Shown one piece after another: positions 1-30,200 of a DNA stretch of 64,000 nt. Made by a program: the position numbers and the translations under genes. The notes below the pieces were generated by a model. The model saw only the letters and a list, made by a program, of their open reading frames with translations. It made no database searches and was not told where the DNA came from. This DNA comes from Octopus sinensis (Eukaryota): assembly GCF_006345805.1 (NCBI RefSeq), contig NC_043018.1:12772001-12836000 (forward strand), written 5' to 3'. Position 1 is the first letter of the stretch, and each line of letters starts with the position of its first letter.

Positions 1-340
1 TGGGGCACCACCTTGAAGAGTTTTTAGTTGAATGAATTGACTCTAGAACTTGTTACTTTTTGTAAAGCCTGGTACTTATTATATTGGTCTCTTTTTGCTG
101 AACCACTAGATTACGGGGAAGTAAACAAACCCACACCAGTTGTCAATTTGTGGTGGTGGGGGACAAGTACAGACATACACATACGACAAGCTTCTTTCAG
201 TTTCCATCTACCAAATCCACTCACAAGGCTTTGGTTGGCCTGAAACTATTGTAGAAGATACTTGCCCAAAGTGCCACGCAGTGGGACTGAACCTGGAACC
301 ATGTGGTTGGGAAGCGAGCTTCTTGCCACACAGCCATACC
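1..340 (-). mobile_element. Octopus-type tRNA-derived SINE, family A (truncated by the window edge)
   Basis: Reverse complement of the GGCTGTGTGG..CACATGGTTCC.GGTTCAGTCCCACTGCGTGGCAC..GGGCAAGT head plus the central domain. Confidence 0.75.
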
Positions 341-418
341 TGTTAAGATAAATACTAAATATTTTGGGAAACATTACCTGTGATAGACTGGCAGGAAATG
401 TATATCTCATTCACTTAC

Positions 419-1622
419 ATTATGAAACCACAGCTTAGCATCAACTCTCGGAGGTTCCTCAAAGCTTAAAATATGTCTATTATGATTGGTCATGAGACAG
501 AAAATGAAAACATCAGCTTTCTCTTCTCCGCAGTTAGAAGAAATAATTTTGTCATGTACAACCATGTAGAAATAAATGTTCTGAGCAGTGATATAACAAC
601 CTACATGTAATAAATTAATAGATATTAATCTAAAATCATCTACGAACACACAACACAACACCCTCATCAACTGAGCCTTTGCAACACACCATGTCATATG
701 TATGTATGTATGTATGTATGCGTGTGTGCGCGTGTGTGTGCGTGCGTGCGTACATGTGTGCATGCGTGTGTGTTCATGTGTGTGTTTGTCTTCCACCACC
801 ACTTGACAAGCCAGTGTTGGCTTGTTTACATCACTGTAGCTTAGCAGTTCAGCTAAAAGAGACCAATAGAATAAGTACCAGACTTCAAAGAAAAAATAAG
901 TATTAGGGGTCAATTCATTCAACTAACATTCTTCAAGGTGGTGCCCCAGCATGGCCGCAGCCTAATGACTGAGACAGATAAAAAAAAGATGGAAAAAGAT
1001 AGATGCCTATATTGTCTAGATGAGTCTTGATTAAGCAAACCTATAAGCAAAGGTGTTCAGATCTTCTTTGTATATGAGGGACTATGCAGTACAATACATT
1101 CTTCCTTTTTCAACCCCTTTACTGTAGAAATCCAATGTAGCCACTCCAAATTTCATTACCCTAAACTATGGAAAGCAGTTTTAATATACCAATCTATCTT
1201 TTGTTGAGGAATGTCACGTTTGAAACCATTTTTTGTTGAGCTATGTCAAGTTTATCATGAGGCAACATGACTCGCAGAACTTACCAATTCTAGTTTTTGA
1301 GAGACATTTAACATCATTACTGGAATAATCATACAATTTAATTTCACAGTCAAAGGATTAAAACAGTATGGTGTGATTTGCTGGAAATTAGGTTGCTATT
1401 TCTAGTAGGTCAAGGTTTATGAGAACCATTGACTAAAGTAAATAGGATGAGATGCTTACCTGTGAGCCAAGCAATAAAAGACCATGATATTTCACATTCA
1501 GTAAGTTTTTCTTTATCTTCAAGACCTAAATGAATTGCTTGAAGAGTTTTTATCTTTGATTCTATGGAATCAGCAGTCAGTTGCGAAAATCCATTAAAAC
1601 CACAAGCCCAAACTTCAGACAT
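419..1622 (-). CDS. RCCD1: RCC1 domain-containing protein 1-like, 5' partial (coding exons 1622-1460 and 600-419; continues beyond the left edge)
   Basis: Exon 1622-1460 encodes MSEVWACGFNGFSQL...EISWSFIAWLT and ends at CAG|gtaagc. This resembles the RCCD1 N-terminus (WFGFGFCGFGQ...SASWSYTAFVT, recalled). The next exon, 600-419 (tag|GT..., 182 nt, phase 1 to 0, ending AAT|gtaagt), stays open: GCYITAQNIYF...DAKLWFHN. The family call rests on the N-terminal motif only. Confidence 0.6.
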
Positions 1623-1779
1623 CCTTATATTTATATATTTAGTTTTACACTTAAAAAAATAGAAAGCAAATATGTTAAATATATAAAGTTAACAAGCACA
1701 AATTTAAGGTTTACTTATTATTATTTTCATATACACTCAACAGATTAGACTGTTGGAAAAGAAAAGAACCCTAACATCT

Positions 1780-2160
1780 TTAGATGCCAAGAACCCTCCT
1801 ATTGGGCTACAACAAGTAACCTTAGATGCCAAAAACCCTCCTAAGTATCTTAACTGTCCCTAATAACACTGTTTTCTGGAGCTGTATTAAACTGGGTTTT
1901 ATGCCTGTTTCCTCTATCCATCTGTTCAGATCTTTAGGGATAGTTCCTAATGTACCTGTAACTACTGGGATACATTTTACCTGTACTTCCCATAGCCTCT
2001 GTAATTCAATGGCTGGGTCCTGGTACTTTGCTATATTTTATATACCTCTCATATTGATTTTTTTCATCATTTGGGACTGTAAAGTCAATTAAATGGCATT
2101 TTCTATTCACTTCATCTACTACTACCAAATCAGGCCTTCTAGCTTCTATTGCTCTGTCAG
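1780..2160 (-). mobile_element. 3' fragment of an RLE-type non-LTR retrotransposon (R4/Dong-like), frameshifted
   Basis: The minus strand encodes ARRPDLVVVDEVNRKCHLIDFTVPND (PD-(D/E)xK restriction-like endonuclease). After a frameshift it reads ...ELQRLWEVQVKCIPVVTGTLG...LQKTVLLGTVKILRRVFGI*. Confidence 0.7.
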
Positions 2161-2800
2161 TCTGTGGCAGATGTGCAGGAACAATAAGTACTAAGAGAAC
2201 ACAGGGCCTAGTCTCTCTCAAATGCTTAGGAGGCTCTCTTGAAGTTGTAGATAGATTCTGTTACCTAGGTGACCAAATCAGCAATGGTGGAGAATGCTCT
2301 GAAAGTATTGTTTCTAGAATACATATAGGACGGAGAAAGTTCAGTGAGCCACTATCTCTGTTGGTAACAAAAGGACTCCCTCTCAGAATGAAAAGTAGAT
2401 AGTATGATGCCTGTGTATGAACAGCTATACTCTATGGTAGTGAGGCATAGGTTCTGAATGCAGAGGACATGCATAGACTAAGGCAGTGCGCTCCACTGGA
2501 TGTGCATGATGAAGCATAAATGTGTTGAGAGAAAAGTTGAACATAAAGAGGAATCACATGCAGCATGCAAGAGAGGAGATTGCATTGGTTTGTACATCTG
2601 ATCCATATGATTGAAGACAGCTGTATAAAGAAGTGCCAGTCACGGAGAGTGGATGACATCTTTGGAAGATGGAGACCCAGGAAGTCATGGGATGAAGTGG
2701 TGAGGACCAATCTCAGGATGTTGGACTTCACAGAAGGAAAAGACAATGGACTAAGATGTCTGGTGATATAAGGTTTTTGAGAAGACCCACCCACATTAGC
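2161..2800 (+). mobile_element. RTE-clade LINE fragment (RT C-terminal region), degraded
   Basis: VVDRFCYLGDQIS and MQERRLHWF motifs; the same family occurs at 15470, 32110 and 51125. Confidence 0.75.
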
Positions 2801-4352
2801 AAACTTGAGTTCTAGAAGTGTTGTGTTCCTTCTACATGTAACAATAAAATTCTCACACAGCCAACCCCCAAAGAACCAAACTACATCCTGCTTTCCCAAA
2901 CCATTTCTCTTCTCTTCCTCACATTTCCTCTTTATACACTATGATCATCTCCCACTCCCCAATCTAGTCCTCACTACCCTCCTCCCTCCCCATATACCCA
3001 GATTCTCACCAGCAACAAATCTGTTTCTGCCCTCATTCTTGACCACTCCCTCTCCCTCCTTCTCTTGCTCTTACCTGTGGCTAGGTGACCATGTATCTCC
3101 TTTACAGCAGCACACCTCTTTCTTTTTAGCTCTCCACCTCTCTTTAGGTAATCACGTCCCTCCTCTTCAGCAGTACACTTGTTTCTGCCCTCATTCTTGT
3201 TAACTCTCGCTCTCTTCCTTCCTCCTCCTCCCTCTCTCTGGCTAGGAACCATGTGTCCCCTCTACAGCAAAACATCTGTTTCTGCCTCTCTGTCACATCA
3301 TCATCTGACACAAGATCACCTCCTCCAATGCCCACTCCCCTCTCAAAGATTCTCTGTTTTGCAAAGTTACTTGGTGACCCTGCCGGTGCAGGTGCCGATT
3401 GAAAAGCACCCAGTCCACACTGTGAAGTGGTTGGCATTCAGCAGGGCACCCAGCTGTAAAAACCATGCCAAAACTGACCTCACCTGTGCGAGTGCGGATT
3501 GGTTGGTGTTAGGAAGGGGACCAAGCCAGAAAAGCCATAGCAAAACAGACACAGAAGCATGGTGCAGGTCCCTGCCTGGCCTGGCCAACTCCTGTCCAAC
3601 CCATGCCAGCATAGAAGGAGGAAGTTAAACGATGATGATGGCGATGATAAATCCTCTAAACTGTTTTTTCACCTAGATTCTTGAGAGCTTAAGTTTCTTT
3701 TCTTTTCTTACCTGGAATTCTTTCTTCTCAATAGTGATTATCAATATACAACAACATTGACTGTAAAATTATTTTTTTCTCTCGACTTCAACAATATCAG
3801 GTATTCGGGATGAGTCGGACGTTACCATCCAGAATGGTTCATATTCTTCAGCTCATCCTAGAATGTGACATTTAAATCAACCAATAAAAATTTCTGTGAA
3901 GAGATATGTTAATTAGTAAATAGAATTTGGTTGTCTCAATGGTTTTAAATGGCAATCACATTTTCGAATCGACGTAAATGACATGAATCGTCTGCAATCC
4001 AAGAACGATTGTAAACAAATCGATCGATATCCGATTTGTTTACTGAATATACGGAACAAGAACAGTTCACGTTGATCAGGTTAAGAAAGCATTATTATAA
4101 TCAATTTTCCAATATGAAATCGTTCGAAGGCAACTACGCAGAAGGACAAATTCTAGAAAAGAGTCTCCACATATTTATTAAATAAATCATTGAAGACTAC
4201 CTGTATCATAAAAAAAAACTATTAAATCTACTTCCTTTTATATATGTCATCAAATGTTAATGAGAAAGGTGTAAACCTCATATAGTTTCGTTTCTAATCT
4301 TATATATATCTGAGGACTTGTGTCATTAAAAGAGAAAATGATTTCAGGTGAA

Positions 4353-4450
4353 ACTTACCGGTGTTAACACGGCAACATTTTCAAGCGGAAGTTTACAATT
4401 CACTGTTGCATGTTCAGCAGTGAAAGGAAATGAGATACGCGATGAAACAC
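4353..4450 (-). other. Probable non-coding first exon of the RCCD1-like gene (donor at 4358; 5' end approximate)
   Basis: Strong minus-strand donor CCG|GTAAGT (exon end 4359). The acceptor just upstream of the RCCD1 ATG is ag|G ATG at 1623. The TSS is not determinable from sequence. Confidence 0.45.
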
Positions 4451-4644
4451 GAATGCTACAATTAAATAATTTAATTTTTATCGAAATTTGCCGAATACTT
4501 CATTAAGTGTATTATACAAATAACAATGAAATTTTTTCTCCAGTTTTGTTTTTTTCCATTACTCGAAAATATATTAATGTATCATATGACCCAAAATATT
4601 TAGAGCGGTACTGTCATTTTAAACAAAAAAAAAAATCCGACAAA
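4359..4644. promoter_or_regulatory. Compact bidirectional promoter between RCCD1-like (-) and PSMD4 (+)
   Basis: Only 285 bp separate the RCCD1 first donor from the PSMD4 ATG. The interval is repeat-free and has an ETS-like GCGGAAGT at 4385-4392. Confidence 0.55.
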
Positions 4645-21704
<17,060 letters not shown>

Positions 21705-22042
21705 CATTTCAAAACAAATATAATCTGTATCTTGTTCTGCCTGAAGTTTCTCATCAGCCATTTAATTTCCTTCAATTTTTTTCTGCCCCTACATTTGAAT
21801 TTTCCTCTTTGTAGGCTCAGTCCCAATCTCAGTACGTAATCTGTGGCCTAGTAATAAAAGAACTGATTTAACTGTTATGTCTTGTTTCTACATTACATAT
21901 AAAATTATATATAATATATATACACACAATAAAATTCATATACGTAATCTTATCTCAGTTCTGTATCTAATAAGTTTTTTTTGTTTTTTTTTCATGGGGG
22001 TGGGAATTTGAAACTTTGGAAAATCACTTAAGTATTTCTATA

Positions 22043-22048
22043 AATAAA
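22043..22048 (+). terminator. Likely PSMD4 polyadenylation signal
   Basis: AATAAA about 340 nt after the stop codon, at the end of a U-rich, repeat-free 3' UTR. Confidence 0.55.
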
Positions 22049-25025
22049 GTTGTATATACTGAAAAGGAACGTTGTTCGGCCTTGACAAATTCCATGTTAC
22101 TAAGACTTATATCACCAGACCTGAGGACATAGAATATTTGGGTCAAACCTTGTTGAAGCTTCTCTCTATCCCATGTGTCTGTACTTCACATTAGAAACTT
22201 TTAGGAAGCAGTAAGCCAACTAATTTCAGCAAAAGTTAATTTTGTCTAATGCCACCCACCCCTCTTGATGAAGAGGATTGTCCTGCAAGAACCGTGTGTC
22301 GGTGCCACATGAAAGCATTTGTGCCAGGATCATGTTTAAAGCACTCAGCCCACTCTGTGAAGTGGTTGGCACCAGGAAGAGCAAATCAGATTGGAACCTG
22401 GTGCAGCTCTGGTCAACCCAGGCCAGAATGGAAAACAGACATTTCAGTTGATAAAATTTCGCCGCCTGTCCTTTAGGAAGAGAGTCCAAAGACTGTTTTA
22501 ATCCCCACTTTGCTCACCATTTGATCACTTGATCCCCATTTCACTCCACTTGTGTTACTTTGGGAAGAGAAATGTCACAACTCACCTAAAACAGAAATTT
22601 CTAGGTTCACAAATAATTCCGTTTTGCTGTGAATTTATAATTGTTGGCATTCGTTCCCTTCTTTTCCCTTTCTGTACTGTATATCTTTTCATCTTATTTC
22701 AGTCATTAGACTGCAGCACCACCATGAGGAATTGTAATCAAACAAATCGACCCCAGGACTTGTTTTCTTTTTAAGCTTGGTACTTATTTTATCAGACCCC
22801 GTTTGCTGAACTGCTAAGTTACAGGGATGTAAGCAAACCAACACCAGGTACCAAGTGGTGGTGGGGAACAAACACACACACACAACAGGCTTCTTTCAGT
22901 TTCCTTCTGCCAAATCCATACCAATGACAAGGTTTTTGTCACCCGATGCTATAGTAGAAGACACTTGCCCAAGGTCATGCAGTGGGACTGAACCCTGAAG
23001 CATGTGGTTGGTAAGTAGACTTCTTACCACGCAGCCACCTCATCGATACTTTGAAAAGTTCAACATCACACTGACTTGTTTCATTCTAGTTGTCCTCCTC
23101 TGCATTAACGTACTCTACCATCATTAAAGTCTCTTGAACATTGTATGTTTCGGCTACCTCTCCCTCCTTAGGATATTACCCCTTTAGTATTTAAACTGGC
23201 CCCATCCGGTCCAAATATTCTACATGTTTTGTGGTCAACCAGATCCAGCCTCTCACACCTACCCAACGTTATTCTAAAATCTTTAAGCTTTGAGATAATG
23301 CGGGATTAAATCGAAACAATGTGAATAAATACATATTAGATATGACTGCTAAAGGATTAAACAGGAGTCTGTTTTTTTCTTCATTTACCATTGTTTGAAT
23401 GTGTTGCTCTGTAAGACTCTTCAGCTTTTTGTAAGTACACATCAGTCTTTATGCTGAGCTCAGAGTTTCTATCAACAATCAAAAAATACACTTTTTTACT
23501 CAATTGTAAGAAAGGCAAACTCAAATACGTTGTCTTTGTTTCGGCTACTTTTAAGAATAATGCAAAATTCAGTAAAACACTCATATTACATAGTTGATAT
23601 TTGGAACATTAAATTAACATGACGTTTTGATGAAGATTTCGATTGCTTTAAAGAAAGTTTATCATAGAACCAGGGACAATCTCAGACAGGTTGGTATCGA
23701 AAGAGTTAACTCTTCTTCAGCATTCAGATTGGTTTCTCAAATGTTCTACTTATTTATTCACATTGTTTTGAATTAATCATGCTTTGAGTTTTTGATTATA
23801 GGATTGTTTACTTTTAGTATGACATTGTAGGGCAGGTGTAAGAAGCTATATTTGGCAAGTTTGAACACAAATAGAATATTTTGACTAGTTTAAATGCTAA
23901 TGGGTTAAAGCTATTAAAATAGGGTTCGGCCAGGATAGTTTCTCCCTTGTGTGCTGTTAACAGTTCAGCATTTATTTGTCATTTGAATGTTCTACTCTTT
24001 GTCTCCAAAATCCACTGACAAGGTTTTGGCTGGCCTGAGGTTATTGCAGAAGACACTTACCAAAGGTATCACGCAGTAGGACTGAACCAGAAACCAGGTG
24101 GTTGGGAAGCAACACTTTTAACCACAGCCATGGCTCTACCTAATTAAGTCAACTTAAAATTCAAACTTGTGCCTCGTTCATTTGTTTGTCTAAGCAAGAA
24201 CATACTTTTTTTTTTTAACATAGTTAAGTTCACTAAAACATTAGTATGGTGTCAAAAGTTTTCACATTTTTGATATTTACTTCTGAGGGTCACATGAACT
24301 ATGTCAATCAGTTTTAAGATCCTGATTTATAAAAGTTTCCACAATTAGAGTCAAATATCGTTTCTTTTAAACTCATCTCTAGACAACCAATTCTGGATCT
24401 TAATTGATAATGATTTCAAATTTTGGCACAAGGCCAGTAATTTCGGAGACGGGGCTAAGTTGATTAGATCGACCCCGGTGTTCACCTGGTATTCATTTTA
24501 TCAACACCAAAGGCAAAGATAATCAAAGCAGAATTTGAACTTAGAATCTAAAGACGGATGAAAGACAGAAACTAAGCATTTTACCTGGACTGCTGATGAC
24601 TCTGCCCTCCCAATTATATTAATAGAATTAAGGTGATATTCTGTATGTATTATAACTATATTAATATTACTAAAATAACTAGGGTGGTGAGCTGGCAGAA
24701 TTATTAGCATGCCTAGCAAAATGCTTTGTGGTATTTCATCCTTTATGTTCTGAATTCAAATTCCACCAGGCAACTTTTTTGCTGGTCAAAATTTGAAACC
24801 AATATTACTAAAATAACTGGAGATAGCTATGGTGTATTTTTATGCACCATACAACCATTTGAGAGTTTTCTCTCTTGGTAAATATTGCTGTGTTTGTGTG
24901 TTCTAATGCAACTTCCACTTTTAAATGGCTGGTCTCAGAACTGTCTTGTTAGACCCTGTAATACAAATCTGATTAAAAAAAAAAGAAAGATTTCAAAGTA
25001 GAAACTTGCTTTCATAAGAAACTAT

Positions 25026-25031
25026 TTTATT
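25026..25031 (-). terminator. Candidate distal polyadenylation signal of RNF103
   Basis: AATAAA on the minus strand near the end of a roughly 2.3 kb stretch with no recognisable TE downstream of the stop. Other candidate signals exist. Confidence 0.3.
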
Positions 25032-27286
25032 TGCAATAGTAGTGATACCACTAGCCATGCTATGTAATAGAAACTGTCAATATCTGTCTTGTCTCTGCCC
25101 AGAAGATATAATTGTTATTTACAGAGTTTGCAATACTGAGAATTCCTGATACACTGAAAAAGGGGAGTGCAGCCATGGTAGGGTATATTACATGATACAA
25201 TATTAAATAATTCATTGCCCTGTTATAGGGGGCCATAAAATTGGCCCTAGTTATGGTGTATAGCATTTGTCAGAAAGTCTCATAATGAGACATCAAAAAT
25301 TATCTTCTCAAGTTTAAATTGTATCCACTATTTACTTAATGGTCACAGACGTTTTTCAGGAATATCACATAAAACAGTTGGGTGATGAGGGCACTATTGT
25401 AGACTTAATCTTCATCAGAATCACAATTTAAAAAAAGAGGACATTGGAACACTAACTTCGTTACTCTCAGATGTTTTGTTGAGCTCAGCACTGCAAGGTA
25501 ACCAAACACTCATGAATTATACTATGCTACCACTGCTAACACTGGTGAATTACCTACACACAAACTCAGCCAGTGATAGATAAGCACTTTTTTTATTTTT
25601 ACCTCCCAGAAACAGAATAGAATAAAATGTCAACACTTTTGGACGGTAGGTCAATAAACTATCACCTTGATAGCTGCAACTCTTTAAAACATTTTTGTTT
25701 GCTTAACTCAGTGTAACTGCTATCCTTTCTCAGACATACATGATCTACAGGGTTTGATGTTTTATCTCCAGATGATGAGGCATGAATTGAATGAAAGAGA
25801 AATCAAATTCCAATCTATTGCAAATAGCTATTCTCACAGGAGGAATTGAATTCAGTGCTGCAAATCCGACAGTTTTATAGTGTGGTTTAGTTATACCATC
25901 ATGCAGTACCTTACTGGAGCAACAGTATAATGTGGCTGTGGTCTATATCCTGCAGTACTTGTTGGAGTTCAGTGGCCAGGGTGAATGAAATGTTTTTGTC
26001 ATAGACAGAATGTAATGCTGTGTCAACACAAACCCCCTGTTAGCTTGCTGCTGTCCTATCGAGTGAAGCCATCCATGCCCTTTAGAAGATGATGGCAGAG
26101 AAGTAAATAAAACCAATTAAATTGTTGATACAGCTTCACTGACACTTTGTAAGAAGAATACTGTCTTTCACAAGAGATATTTTAAGAGGGAAAAGAAGAG
26201 ATAAGATCCTTCTGTAACTAAGTTTTGGAATGTAACAATAACATCCTTTGACATTTGCAAAATTAATTTTAAAAATCCATCTTTAAAAGAAATTATCCAT
26301 CCTTATAACAGCAAAATAAAAAATGGTCACAATAGCATTCTAGTTTGGTCAAAATGGCAAACGGTTTAAATCTGAAAGAAGTAAAAGTTTAACAGTTGAT
26401 AATTAACTAATCTATCTTTATATTTAAAAAAAAAAAGATGCATTCATATTCTTTATACATAATTTCAGTTTTTACCTAAAGAAAGTCTAATATTTAACAA
26501 AATAACATTTCAAAAACGAGGCTGCTGAGAACAAATGTCTTGTGTGTCTAAATTACATTTTTGAGATAAACTATTGGATGTTGTTTCTAAACTAAAACAA
26601 GGTTTTAATATTTTTAACCACAAAATTACTGTTAAATTCTTTGTGTTAGAAGTTAGAGTTCTATTTTGCAACAACCGAAAGAACCTCTTTGATTCTGACA
26701 GGGGAGGGGGAGATACCTAATAACTGCAAATGTTATAAAGCTGAAGAACAACAGAAAGTTCTACGATTGGAAACCGAAATGTTGAAACTGTAGCAAAGCA
26801 AAAATCGTTTTATGAGAAGAAGAAGAAGAAGAGGGACAATAATGTCTAGCTGGTCTCCATGTTTGGTGGATATTTTAAAGAAACAATTGAAGCTTTCAAA
26901 GGCATGCCTTACCGTAGATACGTGGTGAAAGCCCACGACTTGCTTGTTTACTGGAGGAATACAGGCTATTGGAGCTTAACTCTTGATGTTTGAAAGAAAA
27001 AGAAAATAGGCAGGAGTGATAGATCTCAACTATATATTTAGACGAGGACAATTTTGTTTTCTTACTCTTACTTGATAAGAACTCTATTATATTATTGTTG
27101 TTGTTGTTGTTCAAAAGCTGCTGTTCTTTAGCCACTCCTAAGACTAAAGAGAAACCCTGAAAGTAATGAGGATGATTATTATTATTATTATAATAACAGA
27201 AAATAAGAATATACGACCAAAGTCCTTTTGTTTCGCCAAAGTCAAATAGAATAATAGTAAAATGGTAACTGCATTTGTTGTTACAT

Positions 27287-30200
27287 TTAGTTAGGAACTG
27301 CAGAGAAAATTTCACACAAGTCCAAGCCCGGTTTCGGATTATAAGAGAGCCACCGACACATGGGGCATGCATAACTCATTCTATACAACCAACGTAATAT
27401 ACAGCATTCATGAAAGAAATGAGCACAGGGAAGGCCACAAATGTCAGCACCAATTACAAAATCTTCCAAACATATCACACATTGGCTTGTCTGTAGAAAA
27501 CCATCAGGCACCAACTTGTAATTTTCAGAGCAGACAAGATGGTTTGCTTCTCTGGCGTTGGCCTTTGAGGATGCAGAACAGAGAGAATTGTGCTTGCATT
27601 CGTCTGCACTCGAGGCCGAAGAGTGTTTTCTTTTGTGTAAAGGACAGCAGACATCATTCGATTTACGAGACTGCTGCTCTTCTGACAGATCTGGTGGAGG
27701 TGAAGTTGAGACACAAGATTCAGACGAGGCTGCATTCCTTTGCATACAACCACAGCAGTAATTTCCGTCCATCATTTGAATTGCAGGGTTATCCCCGGAT
27801 TCAAAATCTGGTGAACCTGAGCAAAATCCATGATTCGGTGTAGCAATTAAATTTTCAACATCATCTTTATGAGAACATTTTAGCTTTGAATTTTCATTGT
27901 GGTTAAGTACTCTGCCATATTTCCATCGAGGTAGGTGTTTAATGTAATCACTGGAGACCACAGATTGCATCTCGGTGACTACTAAATCAGGAAAGTGTCC
28001 AAACAACATGTCGCTGCTTTCCAGCAGATACATCGCGTACAAGCCCCCTGGATGTACTATTTGGAAAGACGGATTTAACAAGGGGTTAAAGTTTAACAGC
28101 TGAGCAAAGTTGAACCAATCGAATTCATCTTCGGCAATCATACCATTCTTCCGTTTGTACTGGATGTATCCAACCAGTAAAGAATACAAGGAAAATGTCC
28201 CTAATAGTAGATATCGGCTGTTACTGTAAAAAATGAGATCTTTCCGAATGATGCTTCCAATAGACGAGCCGCTGAGGAAATGCAGGGCCAGCAAACCCCA
28301 TTCCAAAAGTATTTCAAAATAAGACAACTGAAAGAGAGCCAGCAAAGGCTGCCACAAAATAATAAGTACAATATTGTATTTAATACAACAGCAGATAAGG
28401 CGGAGCAGTCGGCGAAACAGACTTCCTTGACTGAGAAACAATTCAAACCAACCCATTAAATTGGTAACAATCAAACTTAAAATAAAGAAATCATTCACTT
28501 CAGGATATAAGGACTTGAGAAAATTTTCCATTGATCGAAACGTCAACAATTCACCTGGCCGCGAGCCATAAACAAGGGTTTTGCCGGGGGCTATCACAAA
28601 GCAAGCAGGAGGCTTTAGTTTCAGACGAGCTAGAGTTTCTTTTCCTGATCCAGATTTAGAATTCATAGTCCCAAAACGTACACGACCTGGAAATTTAACA
28701 CTGAGAGCCGAGAATATCAGCGGTATGGATGCCAACTCCGTGAAGAGGACAACCCGGATTTCATATTTTTTTTGGAAAGACAGCCATTCTCGCTTTAACT
28801 CATCGTAGTCGGCAATTTGCTTCACTTTTCGATTCAGTTTATTCTTTACCCATTTAAACATGGAACTGGGTTTGGCAGGTCCATTGTAAACATACATAAC
28901 AACATTGGCTTTAGTTTTGAAGTTCTCAGGGAGGGATAAGATGACTTGGGACGAATACCAACCCTTATTTCTGCATAACCTGAAATGAGAAAGAAAACAA
29001 AAAAGATTAATTTATTTTAAGAACCCAAAAACACATGCAGTGTAAATAGAACAGACGTGTGTGTTTGTGTGGGGTGCATATATACACATATATGTATTCG
29101 TGTGCATGTGTGTATACACATATATATGTATTTGGATGTGTATAAAATGTGTACATTTATTTTTAACTGATATCAGAGGCTTGGCTCAATGTTTCCACAA
29201 ACAAAGACTACAGAGAGAAACATTTTTTTTTTCTGAAATTCTATCCCACAGCTCAGGCCTTTTACGTTCTTGTGAGCTGGAGGGTGATAAAAATAAATGT
29301 GCACATCTTTATTTTGATCCTATCTGCTTATACTAAATACACACACACGTATGCATACATTAGGGGTACCAAAATGTAATATTACATTCAAGTAAGGAGT
29401 TTAAATCAGCATAAAATATTTCATAAATATATTTATTTATTCAAAATATAATTGCTGTTCTTAATAACATTTTCCCACTGAGAAACTAGTTCTCCGATTC
29501 CTTAGGTTCAAAATTCAGGCTCTTTCGATGTTTTAAATGCTGTTTCAGCATTGTCCATTTCTGAATATTTTTCAACTGGTAAAGTTTACGAGTGGCTCAA
29601 ATAAGTGAAAATCTGATGAGGAGAGAACGTGAGGTACAGCTGCCCAACCTGAATGAATTTATCTTCTCTTGGGTTAGCTTTGCAAAATGTGGTCTTGCAT
29701 TATCATAAGGTACCCACTTCTCTATACCCACTTGCCCAATCTGTTTGAGATGATCCTGCACAGTAGGCCACCCTTATAATTTGCCATGGATCCTTTTCAA
29801 TTGCTGTTTTCACTGCATTGTTATTGAGAACAGCTGGTATTCTTGAGTGATAACAAAAGATGGAAATCACAGTTTTTGTCAATTTTGGCATTTCTAAACA
29901 CTCACACCAACAGGATATACAGTATATAATATGTCTTCCCGTGCAAGTGTTGAGTTGTTGCCCTTATGAAATTGATAACGTCCTTGTTTTCCAGACAGAA
30001 CATATTCACATTTGTTTTGTTAACTCTATGCTGATTGGTTGATAGTAAGGACACCTTTCATTGGTTTCTAAGCTATTGGTGGGATGACATCACACTATTT
30101 GCTTGGAACTATATTCCTTTTCGGTACCCTTGATACACATGTGGGAACAGCTCTTACTTCAGCCATTACAAACATGGAGCACTTCTCATTAATTCCCACA

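Noticed and set aside
27367-27843. 158 aa plus-strand ORF antisense to the RNF103 last exon
   Set aside because: It is a shadow ORF of the coding strand with no motif or splice support.
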